A program made the translations under genes and the position numbers. A DNA stretch of 64,000 nt from a virus: the IMG/VR virus record IMGVR_UViG_3300010388_000228, positions 34,183 to 98,182 of that record; one strand, given 5' to 3'. The notes beneath the pieces are model-generated. The model made no database searches, was not told where the DNA came from, and saw nothing but the letters and a program-made list of their open reading frames with translations. Within the stretch, counting starts at the first letter, position 1. Each line of letters begins with the position of its first letter. Positions 37,049 to 48,200 of this stretch are shown here, piece by piece.

Positions 37049-38944
37049 TTACATGTCTGATGCATTTGTTGGATAACTGCGGCCGCCTCCCCATATAATA
37101 CGAACACCGCCATATCCGCCCCAGCCACCGCCGGAGCCGGTGCCACCGCCGCCACCCCCGCCACCGTAGTTGCCGCCACATGCAAAACCGTTACCTTGGC
37201 CGTTACTATACGGTTCACCGTTTTTACCGCAAGTACCACCGGATCCGCCTTGTCCTGCGCCGCCACCTGTTCCGTGACCCCCAGGTGATGCCGAACCGCA
37301 TGCACCGTTAGAACCTTGTCCGTAAATTCCAGTGCCGCCACCGCCACCGGTACCGTGAGTTGAACTATGATGTGAAGTTGCGCCACCACCACCACCGTAG
37401 CATCCAACATGCCCAGATGGTCGACTATTACAAGTGTTATTACAATATCCGCCACCGCCACCGCCACCGCCTGCGGTATCCGGATATGCAATCATACCAC
37501 AACTACCGCACCCGGATGTATACGTTCCACTAAGAGTGTAACTTCCTGCACAACAGCCGCAACAGCCACCACACGCAACAAATCCAGGGAAACATGAACA
37601 CCCGCCTTGGGAACCACCCCAACAACCGCCGTTGCCGACGGCAATTGTATAGCTACTACCGGGAGTCACTGGAATACCATTAGCCCAAACTAACCCACCG
37701 CCGGCGCCACCGCAATACGCCCATCCGCTGCAGCCACCACCACCGGCGCCAATTGCAGCAATACTAACAGTCGTTACGCCAGACGGTGCAACCCATGTAT
37801 ACGTAGACGACCCTCCATTTGTATTCGAAGAACTTCCGGAATATAAAACTTGGCCAATCGGCAGCGGAATAACAATATTAACACTAAAAGTCCGATCATA
37901 TGTCACAGTATTAGCAGTTGCGGTAATAGTAAACGAATAGTTAGTAGTAGTTCCGTATCCTGCAGTTGATGTACCAGAAATAACACCAGTTGACGAATTT
38001 AATGTTCCGTTCGATGGCAACGTTCCGCTTACTAACGTATACGTAACTGCTGACATAGACGTTGCATTTAATGTAATCGAATACACTCCGTTAGTTGCAG
38101 TGTAATTCGGTATAGTTGCAGGAGTTACCCATACCGGTCTATAATCTATGTACATTCTAGACGCTGCATGGCTGTCTGAAGTTGGGTTAGGAACGCTAAC
38201 TGTACCAGTAAACGTTGTATTACCAGAAATACTAACAGTAGAATTTGCATCTAATGTTGTAAACTTACCAGTAGATCTAGTAGTACTACCAATTGCCATA
38301 TTGTTAATTGATCCAGTAGTACCTGACGCAATCGAAATAACTCCTGCACCAGTTGTTGAGATGGTTTGATTGTTTGTGCCAGTAGTTGCTGATAATGCTC
38401 CAGTAAATGTTGTATTACCAGAAATACTAACAGTAGAATTTGCATCTAATGTTGTAAACTTACCAGTAGATCTAGTAGTACTACCAATTGCCATATTGTC
38501 AATTGATCCAGTAGTGCCTGACGCAATTGATATAGTTCCAGTTGACGACGTACTAAATGTCTGATTGTTAGTAGTAGTGTTTGCAGTAATTGCACCAGTA
38601 ATGTCAGTTGTAGATGCAACTAATGGTCCACCGGTTTCTGCAAAAACAACATAGTCTGTGCCATCGGATGCAAGTTCTACTGTGCCAAGCGACGGTATAG
38701 TTTGGGTAGCAGCTGTTGAACTTTCAAGACCTTTAAATACACCACTTGGTGTTGAAATAGTAATTACACCAGACGTGCTATTATAAAATCGTTGTGTTGA
38801 TCCATAATGTAATCTCGGATCTGGAAGTATAACAGTGTACGGTGCAGTACCTGCAAATTCAGTAAATAACCCTTGTGCTGGGGTAGTAATCGTTGTCGCG
38901 CTTGTAATTATTCGCGAGACCGATACCGTATTATAACGTGCCAT
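37049..38944 (-). CDS. Tail fibre / adhesin with an Ig-like domain and a Gly/Cys-rich tip
   Basis: T/S-rich shaft repeats, He_PIG-like SGTLP...LNSSTGVISGT, and a C-terminal W.AP.GVT.VS...GAGGGG...G.GGVRIIWG glycine-rich domain. Confidence 0.75.
   Translation of the reverse strand: MARYNTVSVSRIITSATTITTPAQGLFTEFAGTAPYTVILPDPRLHYGSTQRFYNSTSGVITISTPSGVFKGLESSTAATQTIPSLGTVELASDGTDYVVFAETGGPLVASTTDITGAITANTTTNNQTFSTSSTGTISIASGTTGSIDNMAIGSTTRSTGKFTTLDANSTVSISGNTTFTGALSATTGTNNQTISTTGAGVISIASGTTGSINNMAIGSTTRSTGKFTTLDANSTVSISGNTTFTGTVSVPNPTSDSHAASRMYIDYRPVWVTPATIPNYTATNGVYSITLNATSMSAVTYTLVSGTLPSNGTLNSSTGVISGTSTAGYGTTTNYSFTITATANTVTYDRTFSVNIVIPLPIGQVLYSGSSSNTNGGSSTYTWVAPSGVTTVSIAAIGAGGGGCSGWAYCGGAGGGLVWANGIPVTPGSSYTIAVGNGGCWGGSQGGCSCFPGFVACGGCCGCCAGSYTLSGTYTSGCGSCGMIAYPDTAGGGGGGGGYCNNTCNSRPSGHVGCYGGGGGATSHHSSTHGTGGGGGTGIYGQGSNGACGSASPGGHGTGGGAGQGGSGGTCGKNGEPYSNGQGNGFACGGNYGGGGGGGGTGSGGGWGGYGGVRIIWGGGRSYPTNASDM
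38205..38527. repeat. Internal ~128-bp direct repeat (period 195 bp / 65 aa) in the fibre shaft
   Basis: 38205-38332 versus 38400-38527, three mismatches by eye. Confidence 0.85.
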
Positions 38945-38961
38945 AAATATCTCCTTTTAAA

Positions 38962-39282
38962 TTATGATGTAGAGGTTTCAATACCATACACATTAACATT
39001 AACTCCTGTACCGCTGCAATATGCAACTACTTGTAAGCCAGCTCCGCCAACCAATCCAGTTCTTTCAAATACACCGTTACCTACAATAGTAGTATCATAT
39101 TCAATATATTCGCTTACTGCAGGGGTAGCAGCAGATGCAGTTGCTAATCGAATAGTAACTGCACTAGTTGTTGTATTTGTAAATGAAACGTTAAACACTG
39201 TATACGACCCGGTGGGTACAGTATATACAGTTGTTAACGTAGTTGCTGCTAATTGGGTTGTGCCCAATCTTCCTGTTGCCAT
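38962..39282 (-). CDS. Small virion structural protein
   Basis: 106 aa, YTVP, beta-rich, GGAG RBS; resembles 58815-59147. Confidence 0.65.
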   Translation of the reverse strand: MATGRLGTTQLAATTLTTVYTVPTGSYTVFNVSFTNTTTSAVTIRLATASAATPAVSEYIEYDTTIVGNGVFERTGLVGGAGLQVVAYCSGTGVNVNVYGIETSTS

Positions 39283-39297
39283 GTTTATTTCTCCGTA

Positions 39298-42200
39298 TTA
39301 TCGTTGATTAAAGAACATAAGAGCTACTGGAGCTCCATCAATTCCACCTGTAAAATTCATTTTTGAAGTTACGTTTATTGCAGTACCATTAATATTTGTA
39401 ATTGTATTACCTGAAATATATATTTGGCCAGCTGTGATTGTATTTACGTTCAATGAACTTGAACCACCACCAATTTGTGATGTAATAAACGCCTTAATTG
39501 CTTTTTGTGTTGGTACTATATTATCACTGTTTGCTGTAAAATATGGATCTGTACTAAATTGAGTAATAGTTGCACTACCAATTCCTAACACAACTGATCC
39601 TAACGTTAAACTTTGTAATCCAGATAAGTTAAATGCATCTGCGTTTAATGTTGCAGTACCGGTTGATTGTTGAACACCAAATAAGTTACCTACGTTAAAG
39701 TTACCATCTTGGTCAGTACTTGTAAAGAATACACGTCCACCGCCAGTTGATAATTCCTGGCTAGCTTGTATAGCCTTTGTTGGATCAACATTTGGATAGT
39801 TAGTTGATGTTTGATTTCCAGTACCAATGTATAAAAAGTCATGGCCGGTTAATCGTACTTGACTATATTCTAAATTAGTAGTAATCAACGTTCCGTGCTT
39901 TGGAGCATCTAATGTTGACAGCGCAGGACTGATTTGTAAAGTAGCAGTATAGTTACCTGGTATTCCTAAAATATTAGAAACCGAAACAAGTTTATACCAT
40001 CTATCGTTACCAGTAATTGTACTAAACACAACGTTTGACCCCGGTGTCGGCATTTGATACAACGACGATACATTTATGTATGTACCAGGTTGATATAAGT
40101 CAGCATATCCATCACCTGAAATACTTGCTGTAGCTGTAGTATTTGCAGTACCTCTATTACCAAAGCTTGGATTACCTAATGCACCGTTACCAATGCGTGC
40201 TGCAACTGGAACAGTGTTAACATGATTTGGATCAATTACAGTAACAATTGGACTTGCAAAGTACGTCATTCCTGTTATTGCTGCAGTTGAAAGTGCAATT
40301 GCACTACCGCCCGCAGTTAATGATATTGAAAATTCAGTAGATGTAATACTGCCAGAAACTACATAGTAGTATTTATCAGTAATAATACCGCCTGTACTTA
40401 CACCATTAAAAATAATCGGTTGATTTGCTATTAAATTGTTAGTAGTGTCGCAAGTAATAACATTAGTTGTAACTGTAGTTGAAATAACATTTCCTCTTGG
40501 GAATCCGCTACCAGGTTCAATCATTCTAATTTCAGACACTGCGTTATCTTTTATTTGCACACGACCTAATGGCGTTGCACCAGTTTTAATGCTTGCACCA
40601 GTTGTTCCACTAGTACTTGATACTGCCGACCACACTGGAGTTGCGCCTAACGTTTCATTAATTGGGTTTCCAAACGCAATTGCAGTCCAATTACTCGATA
40701 CTGACATTGCATGAATTGCCCAATTAATACCGTCCCAACTAGTAGCACATGCATCCGTGCCTGCTGCAATTGCAAAAAATAAGCCTTGTCCATATGCAAC
40801 TTTAGTCCAAGTTACAGTACTTGGTAGACCAGCAGTTGTTGATTGGAACCACGATGTGCCAACATTATAACTATACGCAATTGTACCGTTTGCAGCTAAT
40901 GCAACAAATCGACCATTACCGTATGCAATGCTTGCCCAAGTAGTTGATATTGGTAAATTACCACCTGCTGTCCATGCTACTGCATTAACTGTAGTTGTAG
41001 TAATATTCCCCGATGCCGGAATTGCAACAAATCGACCATTACCGTATGCAACTGCAGCGTATGTAACCGCTCCAGTGATGTTACCAGATCTATTAATCCA
41101 CGATGCTGTAGTTGCGTTACCTGTCATTGATGCAGCTGACGGTGTAGTTGTGGTACCGCCTACAGCTACATAAATGTTATTTCCGTATGCTAACCCTTTT
41201 AAATCACTAGTTGGTAATACAGTTGTAGTAGGTGACCAAGTGCTTGATAAAGTAGTTGGTAAATTGTATGCACTTGCGGTACTGCTACTTGATATTGCAA
41301 CAAATGCTGATTGTGCATCTATTACTTGTATAACCGGTGTAAACTTGTATCCATCACCGGGAGATACAATTGTAAAGCCACTTACACCATTATTGGTTAA
41401 ATTAGCAGTTACGGCTGCTAACGTTGCAATGTATGTTAGTGATACAGATCCGTTTGTGCCAGTTCCTGATGTAAATACAGGACCAGTTAGCCCACCAATT
41501 GAAAATGTGCCAGCAGTAGTTGCTAAGTAATAATGCACAATTCCAGACACATCCGCGTAAGAATAATTTGTGCCTATTACTGCAGAACCACCACTGGTCC
41601 ATTGAGTTGCAGTAACTGGTGGTTCTATAGAAACTGTCGGAATTGCAAAATAGTTTGAACCCCATGTTAGCGCAGTTATACTAGATAGCTGGCTTGTATA
41701 TACCGAAATAGTTGCACCATTATAATAGCCGCCGCCTTGAATTTCTAATGTTACTGTAGTAATAGTACCATTTAAGACTGTACAAGTGGCAACTGCACCA
41801 ACACCGCCCGAAATTGCATTAAACACAATCGTCGGTGGAGTCAAATAATTGTATCCACCATTTACAATAGTTATATTAACAATTTGTCCTGCACTTGTAC
41901 CAGTTCCAATTGTTGCAGTTAGCACTGCACCTCCGCCTCCTAATCCTCCAACGACTGCCGATGCAGTAGCACCAGTACCACCGCCGTATACTACGTTTGA
42001 CCATGTTGTACTTGACGGCATTGCACCACCAGGCGCCCATGTTTTTCCATCAATACACGCTGATGTAGAAGTAGAGCCAGATGCTAACGCAACAAAATGC
42101 CCGTCGCCGTAACCAATGGCACTCCATGTTGCAGTAGTTGATAACACATTTGCAGTTGCAGTAAACCCTGGATTAGTATATGTAATTTGTGGTTCAATAA

Positions 42201-45200
42201 TATACGCCGATGTTAAATCAGGTATGTTATTAATCGGATATCCTGGAACTACATGATCCCATCCTGCTGCATATACTGGAACACTGATTGTACCAGTAAG
42301 CGTAGTAGTAGATACTGCTTGACTTACAGTAACAGTCCAAGTTGAACCTGCACCGCTACCGCTAACGTTGGCAGTAATATACGTGTTATTAGCAACTCCG
42401 GTGCCGGTTATTAATTGTCCAACAGTAACAGTACCTGAACTAACAGTTCCAATCGTTAACGTAGTACCTAAAATCGATGATGCTGCCATAACTGATGGTG
42501 TTGCACTAACTGCTGTTAACGATGTTACATTACCGCCACTTGTAGTTGATACTGAAAACTGTGTTGCAGTAAGGTTAGTTGCACTAACATAATATAGTGT
42601 AGTTGGTAATAATCCAGATACATCTGTACTAATATAAATTGGCATAGTTGCATATAAGGTAGCTGTGCTCGAAACTGTAAAGACAGTAGTTGAACTTTGT
42701 GTAATCGTTAACGGAATAAACGACGGTTTATATATTAATGCAACTTTTGTACCATTATTATATTTGAATATGTTTGCATATTGCCCAACTCCGGTACCTC
42801 CTAGCAGCTGTATACGCATATTTGTGTATGCAGTGCTTAGTGCAGTATCAGTATTTGCAATTGTTATTTGCCCAATGCCGCCATCTTGTCCAGTATTTGA
42901 ATTTGTAATATAAGAACTTCCGCCAACACCTAACCCGTCTTCTAGATCAACCAGTCGAGATTCGAATACTGCAGCATCACGCAACTCATCACCAATTGCA
43001 GTAGCATTATAACCCGAACCATTAATTAATGGCAGTGCGTTAGTGTACGCACTGCCGGCGTTTGCATATTCAAGTCGTAAAATTTGATTATAACTATCAG
43101 TTACTACATTAGTAACCCACGCTTCATTTGATTGGTTATTTAATGTTGAATACCCCGGAGCTTCAAACGAATCAATTCCTTCTGCAATAACACCATACAC
43201 ACCATACGAACTGTTACCGTTAGTAGCTCGCATGCGACCGCCTAATTCTGCTAAGTATCCAGCATAACCGTAATATGAGAATACTGATACACATTCTGTT
43301 AGTGCGTTAGAACCAGTACACCATACACCGATACCATCACTTAATACTTGTGTAAAGTCGTTAGCAAGAATAGAACGGTTACCTCCGCCATGAATTGCGC
43401 CGTCAATTTTTAAACCAACACACCCACTACCAAAGTTAGTAACGTTTTGAACATAGCAGCTTCTTACGTTTGCCCAGGTATCTTGATCGTTTGGTCCAAA
43501 TCCTGGATCTAAACTAACATATGCACCTGCAGTTGGTCGACGTGTACCGTATGCATTTGGCAATCCTAAACTACCACTTAACCCATTTAATGTCATATTA
43601 CGCATACCTGTTCCGTTTCGTACATGGAACATGTCTGTGCTAGTTGCACCACTTTGTGCTGACAAATATACTTGTGCATATCGCATTGTTTTATAGTTAC
43701 CGGTCCATGTTAAGTCATGAATTAATGCGTTAACATATAATGTAGCATCTCGAACTGCTCTATCAAACAAATAAGAATAGTTAACAGTACATGTGCCAGT
43801 TGCAGTTGTTAACACTACTGGAGTTTGTGTACCAGTGCCTGCCTGAGTTGCAGAAATAGTAAATGACGATGCGTCAGGTACAGTTAACACAAAATATGTA
43901 ACATTTTCAGTAATTCCGCCAAATGTAGTACCTTTAAATATAACCGGATCACCTACTGATAACTGATGTGCAAATGGTGTTGTGATTAGATTAGTTACAA
44001 TGGTAGTATTAGTAACAGTACCACCAAATACAGTTGCAACAAATGCAGCAGCTTCAGTTGCAATAAACGGAATGTTTGCACGTATATTTTCAACCCCGTT
44101 TATGGTTGCAAGTGTATTATTATACGTCATTGTTCCGTTAACTGCTTTTGTATTCAAACCGTGTAATGTTTCAACCCCAATTGTTGCTCCGGCAGTTAAA
44201 CTTGATACTGTGTTAGTAATTGCAAAGCTAACGCCGCTGTTAAATGAGCTAGTAACAGTAATATTGTTACTATCGATAATAGAATTAACCCAATATTGAT
44301 TCCCGTTTACTAACCCGCCGGCAGCATTAAATGTTACATTCATAGACCCTGATCCAGAAGTAATTGACACTACTGAACCACCTAATGTTTTGCTAAGTTT
44401 AATAGTGCTGCCTGTTGCAGTGTGAACATAATACACTTGTGTTGGCACTACTGTACCAAATGTTAATCCAGTAAAGTAAACTGGCATACCAACTTCAATT
44501 TGTAAACTACTAACTGTTGCCGATAATGTAATATTATTAGTGCTCGATGTAGTAGTAGTAGCAGTTGTAGTAATGTTATTAGGTAAATTGCTAAACACAA
44601 TTGGCATATTTACAGTTACATTAGTAGTGGTGTTTATTGTAATTGCGTTAGATGATGTAGTAACTGCAGTAATTGGAATAAGTTCGTTTGTTCCAGTGAT
44701 TACTGTAGTTACACCAAGTCCGCCGTATAATCCGTAAACAGTAACAGTTGATGAACCAAATACAGTTGCAGTAATTGGTAAAACTGGCCCATCAAATGTT
44801 TGACTAATTGTAATCTGTGTAGTATTTACAATCCCTACTACATAATAGGTACCTGCAAGTACATCACCGATATCATTAGTAAATGTAATTGATAATCCTG
44901 GTACAACGCCTGCAGTTGACCCTAATGTAATATAATTAGTTCCAGTAGTAACTTTATTTGCAGCAGTTGTTAACGTGCTAACCTGTTGGCTATAATTTAA
45001 CAACCAACTAGATCCACTACCTGATATAATTTGAGTACCACTAACAATGCCAGTGCCTGATAATTGCATACCTACTGATATAGTTCCACTTACTACTGAG
45101 TTTATAGTTAATAATGTTCCATTGATTGAGCCGTTAAATACTGCAGAGATAGTAGGCCTACCTTGAATGTTTGCAATCATGTCATCAAGTGTAGTTTGTA

Positions 45201-48200
45201 CCTGTGCAATACTTCCACTTGCTGCAATTTGTTTAGCTTTATAACCTATAAATCCAATCACACCGTGTACAGAATCTGCAAATTTTGCTTTTAAATTAAT
45301 AATCGATGTAATTAATCTGTTGTATGCACGACCGTTAATGATTGAATAGAAGTTACTTCCGAGTAATATATCATAGCTTAATGCAGTAACAATATATCCA
45401 GCATCGCGATTTGTTAATGGCAAATCTGGACTTTCAAAGTGGAAGAATTTAACTACCCACGCTTGTGCATCATCTTGTATTTCAGTAGCACGAGATTGAA
45501 TTGCGTTAAATGCAGTTTGTCTTTCAATACTAGTTAATGCGTATGCACCTGATATTACCGGAGTGATAATAGTCGTTGCAACCATGTTAGTTGCAGCAGT
45601 AACCGTTTGACTTGTACTAATAGTCCACGTGGTACCACTGCCTGCAGTAATATAAGTACCAGGAAGAACACCTGCAGTTGCCGTCATTGTGCCAGATGCA
45701 GTTGTTAACACTGGACTTGTAGTAGTTCCAAAATTGTATAAAGAAACTGTACTTCCGACAATTGTATTAATAATATAGGTAGTTGTAGTAAGTCCACCAA
45801 ATGGTGCTTGTGTACCATATCCGTACGTTGTGCTAAATGTAATTGCCATACCTGCATTTAACCCAGCAGTTGATGCTAAAGTTACAACATTTGTAGTAGC
45901 AGTTGTACCAGTTACAGTAGTAGTTAACGTTGCTCCAGTAACTGCTTGTCCAATTGCTAGTGTACCACTAGCAACTGCTGAAACCGTTAAGGTTGTTCCG
46001 GCAATTGTACCAGTTGCATACGCAACAGTTTCGTTTTGGAATCCATTGTTAATCCAGTATACAATATCATCAATACGTGATTGTGCAAATGCAGCAGCTT
46101 GAACTGAACCTGCAGTGCCTGATACTGATTGTGTAGTAGTATTACCAGCCGATGCAGATACTGCCGATTTTTGTATAATTTGACTAATAATAGTTGATAA
46201 CCTAGATAATGCAGCCAACACACCTGGCAAATAATTTGTAGTAATCATTGGATTATTTAAACTATAATACGCTCGCGCTGCAATCAATGTTTGATCATTA
46301 ACTCCGTAAGTTAAATCGTATTGTAATGCATCTAGAATATTACTTAAATCGCGACTAGTTTCAGCTTTAAATGTAGTACTGTACGAAGACCACGTTGGAT
46401 TTGTTAACGTAACATCTAAATAACTAACAATTTCATCGTTAATAAATTGATAATTATTAACAATCTGTGTAATTGCATCACTATATCCCGCTAACCATGT
46501 AGTGTTATAACCGGGCAACACTGGCATAGAAAATGCAGGTGCTTGTGTAAGACCGTTACTTAACATATTTCTAATAATTGAAGTATTATCAACTACCTCA
46601 TTTACTGCTAATAATGAACCTAAATCACCAGTTGATGGTTGAGTTGTTGTATCAGTCGATGCTTGTGCTGCAATCAAATAACTAATATAATTTATAGCAT
46701 GTTTAGTAGCTGGTAATTCTAGGCTACTAACTAATACTTGTGCAGATGAGTTATATCGAAAATATGCACGAGCTGAAATCATACTATAATACGTTGAATC
46801 TAATAACATATCATACGATAATGCATCAATAATAGTTCCAGCATCGCGATACGTTAATGACGGACTAATATTTAAAGTTGGATATGTATATGCTATCCAA
46901 TTCATAATTGAAGTCTGTAGTTCAGATTTTTTTGTTTGAATGTTAGTAAATGCTAATCTAACATCAGATTTAACCCACGTTGAACACGGTTGAATTGTAG
47001 TATTTGCAGTTCCATTATTAATCCAATCAATAATATCCTGAATGCGATCTTGAGCAAAAACACCAGCATATGCAGAACCAGGTGTGCCTAAAACAACTTG
47101 TGATGCAGTATAACCACTAGATTTAGTCCATCCTGCAGTATTAGCAACAATAATGTTATCAATAATATCTTTAAGACGAGTCATTACTGCAATTGTTGCA
47201 GTTAAATTTGTACCGGACACTTGTAATACGCCTAACGTATAATAACTATCGCCGTTTTTAAGACTTTGAGTATTGCCACCGTAAGTCATGTCGTAAATTA
47301 TTGCGTCTAATGCATATCCCACGTCACGCATTGCTTGACCTTTTTGGGTAGAATTTAATGCTGACCAACTAAATCCACCTGTTGTAAGATTAGTTAAAAA
47401 TCCGCCAATTTCTGTCTGAATAAATGCACGATTTTGAACAATTTGAGCAACACCGTCGCCATAGCCTGCACTATTTCCTGTAGTATTCCCAGTACATGCA
47501 TATGCAGTATGGGTTAATGCTGAAGAATTATATCCAGTCGGAGTTGATAATGTATATGTACCAGTATTTGGTGCAGTAACCGTCTCTGCAGTTAGTGTAA
47601 TAGTAGTAGTACCTGCACCCGGAAGCGATGCTAATCCGTTTGTTAACACTGTTTGTATAGTAGCAGTGTTAGTAATAATTGACTGAGTAGCAGTGGAGTA
47701 GGTAGGCGAACCTAAATACTGTTGTAATTCTGTATTTCCGGTACTTGTAGATACAGGAATGTTTGCCACTATTCCTGGAATTATTGATTGAATTCGTTTA
47801 ATAGCTGAAATAGTTTTAGGTCTATCGTTTACTAATAATGGACGGGCAGGTGCTGCTTGAATAATTGTACTCCGTAATTCATCACCTTGTATTGAAGTAT
47901 CAAGCGGAATTACAATAGGTGAAAACTCGTTGTATGTACCTGTTTTAACATAAATTGACGTATGTGGTCTATCTAGTTGTGGAATATTTGCATACGTTCC
48001 TGCCGACAACGCACCAATGACAATGCCTAATAAATCTTGTGCAATTGTTAAGGTGTTTGCTTCTGAAGTATAATTATTGTTAATTTGTTGTTTGGCTCTA
48101 AATGCAGACGCAACACCGTTTAACAATTGATAATTTGTTGCAGGTGCAACATTTCCGATAATTGCCGGTAACAATGCATCTTGTAAATAATTTAAACTTG

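Noticed and set aside
37042-37491. 149-aa same-strand alternative-frame ORF (also 59280-59543 and 59544-59921)
   Set aside because: Val/Ala-rich shadow of GGN glycine codons in GC-rich tips; no RBS, fully nested in real genes.
38205-38527. Near-identical repeat pairs considered as a DGR template/variable repeat
   Set aside because: Both copies are in-frame within coding shaft regions, the few mismatches are not a clear adenine-specific pattern, and no reverse transcriptase is in the window.
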